Source of the DNA: Bremerella sp.
Lineage (GTDB): Bacteria > Planctomycetota > Planctomycetia > Pirellulales > Pirellulaceae
Direction: 5' to 3'
NCBI RefSeq assembly: GCF_046290535.1
Contig: NZ_JBKAGU010000044.1
Span: 91,055-155,054 of the forward strand
DNA: 64,000 nt
Positions 62,488 to 64,000 of this stretch are shown here, one piece after another. A program made the position numbers and the translations under genes. The notes beneath the pieces are model-generated. The model did no database searches, was not told where the DNA came from, and saw only the letters and a list, made by a program, of their open reading frames with translations. Position 1 is the first letter of the stretch. Each line of letters begins with the position of its first letter.

Positions 62488-64000
62488 CTATCGAAGCGGG
62501 GCAGGCTGCGACGCAAATGCAGGACGCGTTCCATGCACTCGCAAGATTCGTAGCACCTCGCATACCACCCCGGCGTTGCGATTGAGCTCGGTGTGCGTGG
62601 CCTTGACCATGATCTCGGTATTCACGCCTGGCAGGCGGGCACTGGAGACCGGCACCACGCTGTCGCTTTGCCCGTCATGGGGCGACCACCAGCCGTTGCC
62701 CAGGATTGTGTGGCTGGGAATGTCGGGCTGAATCGGCAAGCGATAGATGCCTGTCAGCAGCATGCTCTTGGGGCTGATCAGGTCGAGGCTGATCGGCACG
62801 CGATGACGGAACTCTTTGCGGAAGGCGGCCGGGTTGGCTTCGATCAACTGCTTATGGGCATCCTTCAAGCAGGGATCGGCATGGACCAACGTGGAAGTAA
62901 GGTGACCCGTCTTCGCAGAGAGGTGCGTGGTGCCTTGGTGTGGCGTACCGATGAAGACGATTCGCCCCACATTCGGCGAATGCGTGAAGTAGAACTGATC
63001 GCGCAAGTACTGCTGCATCTTCGGCGGAGCATCCAACGAACTGAGTGGTTGGAATGCCGTGTGTTCCCACAACGTGTTGCCACTGTCGGTTACCTGTAGC
63101 TTGGCGACCAATCCTCCCATGCTATGACCGATGAGGATCGCGTTGCGGAGATCGCGATCGAAACCGCTAGGGTCCATTTCGTGAATGATTTGATCGAGTT
63201 GCGATCGTAGCACGGCGGCTGATTCGAGGAAGGGGGCACCGGTGGGGTAATGAAACGCCCAGACTTCGTAGCGTGCAGCCAGGTCAGGATTGCTATCGAT
63301 CTCGTTGGCAATTCCGGCCCAGGTGAATGGAGCGGAAAGCAGGCCATGGACGAAGATGACGGGGATCTTGCCCTTTTTGTGCGGCTCGAGAATGAACAGT
63401 CCCTGGTCGTCCAAATTGCTATAGGGATGCATCGTTTGATAGTGCGACTCGCCGCGTATCTGGCTGAGGAAGTACGCGTAAGGAGCCGTCGTATCCTTGG
63501 CCAACGGAACCTGGCGGCAGTTGAATTCGACATCGCCGGAGGTGCGTGGGTCGTATAGTTCGAGCTTGGCGACCACCTGTTCGACGTGGGTGCCGTCCGG
63601 CGTGTGGGCTTCGACGGTCGCATCGTACAGGTTCATTTCCGCTTCGGGCCGTAAGATGCCCGTGACGGCAAAGGGGGCCATCTTGGGGTACCACTTGTCG
63701 GCCTTCTTTCGCTCGCGAATGCAGACCATCGGCACGCCAAGGCCTGGCGAGCGGTGCTTGGTAAGCAAGAATCGCGATTGGTAATCGCCCACGACATGCC
63801 AGCGATCGAAGTCGTCGGCGGTACGCTGGAAGTTGACGTACTCGAACTCGACGATTTTATAGCCACCGTTGACCGGCAGCTTAATACCGCACTGCTTGTC
63901 GATATAGCCGGACTTGTCGGCGATGAACATCAAGCGGGCGATCGACGAGTGATAGACCTGCCAGGCGCGCTCCGTCTCTTTGGTTGTTTTCGGTTGCGGC
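62488..64000 (-). CDS. Alpha/beta hydrolase (lipase/esterase family), 5' end beyond the window
   Basis: IPVIFVHGL, YPTG, IGHSMGG, IVFIGTPHQG, DSVVPVSSA, H; frame stays open to 64000. Confidence 0.85.
   Translation of the reverse strand, partial: PQPKTTKETERAWQVYHSSIARLMFIADKSGYIDKQCGIKLPVNGGYKIVEFEYVNFQRTADDFDRWHVVGDYQSRFLLTKHRSPGLGVPMVCIRERKKADKWYPKMAPFAVTGILRPEAEMNLYDATVEAHTPDGTHVEQVVAKLELYDPRTSGDVEFNCRQVPLAKDTTAPYAYFLSQIRGESHYQTMHPYSNLDDQGLFILEPHKKGKIPVIFVHGLLSAPFTWAGIANEIDSNPDLAARYEVWAFHYPTGAPFLESAAVLRSQLDQIIHEMDPSGFDRDLRNAILIGHSMGGLVAKLQVTDSGNTLWEHTAFQPLSSLDAPPKMQQYLRDQFYFTHSPNVGRIVFIGTPHQGTTHLSAKTGHLTSTLVHADPCLKDAHKQLIEANPAAFRKEFRHRVPISLDLISPKSMLLTGIYRLPIQPDIPSHTILGNGWWSPHDGQSDSVVPVSSARLPGVNTEIMVKATHTELNRNAGVVCEVLRILRVHGTRPAFASQPAPLR

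Overview
This window looks like chromosomal DNA from a planctomycete, probably Pirellulaceae. That is an inference from the family-typical genes: a TIGR03009-type protein, two DUF1080 proteins, DUF1559, an ECF sigma/Ser-Thr kinase pair and a PVC-type dehydrogenase/heme-c pair. It holds about 53 genes and no rRNA, tRNA, CRISPR array, integrase or transposase that I could recognise. Housekeeping genes include ilvE, adk, bioF, sufS, pgk, ldhA, phoH and crcB. Recognisable modules are an nfeD-nfeD-floA membrane-microdomain operon, a DUF692 (MNIO) bufferin-like RiPP cluster, btaAB betaine-lipid genes, a divergent P1B-ATPase/ZIP metal pair and a five-gene glucosylglycerate/mannosylglucosylglycerate cluster. 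The most unusual observations are: (1) a membrane protein made of tandem voltage-sensor-like repeats plus a coiled coil with no pore domain (7783-8691); (2) an orphan, membrane-anchor-less FlhA cytoplasmic domain fused to an N-terminal Sm/Hfq-like domain (19905-21419); (3) a bufferin-type precursor with a twin-arginine lipoprotein signal (29801-30256); (4) a structured ~210-nt leader upstream of PIN-PhoH; (5) a family of covarying REP-like hairpins, two copies of which lie inside an ORF's C-terminus, plus a nested inverted-repeat element between the ECF sigma and its kinase. All family assignments come from motif recognition by eye; no database searches were run.
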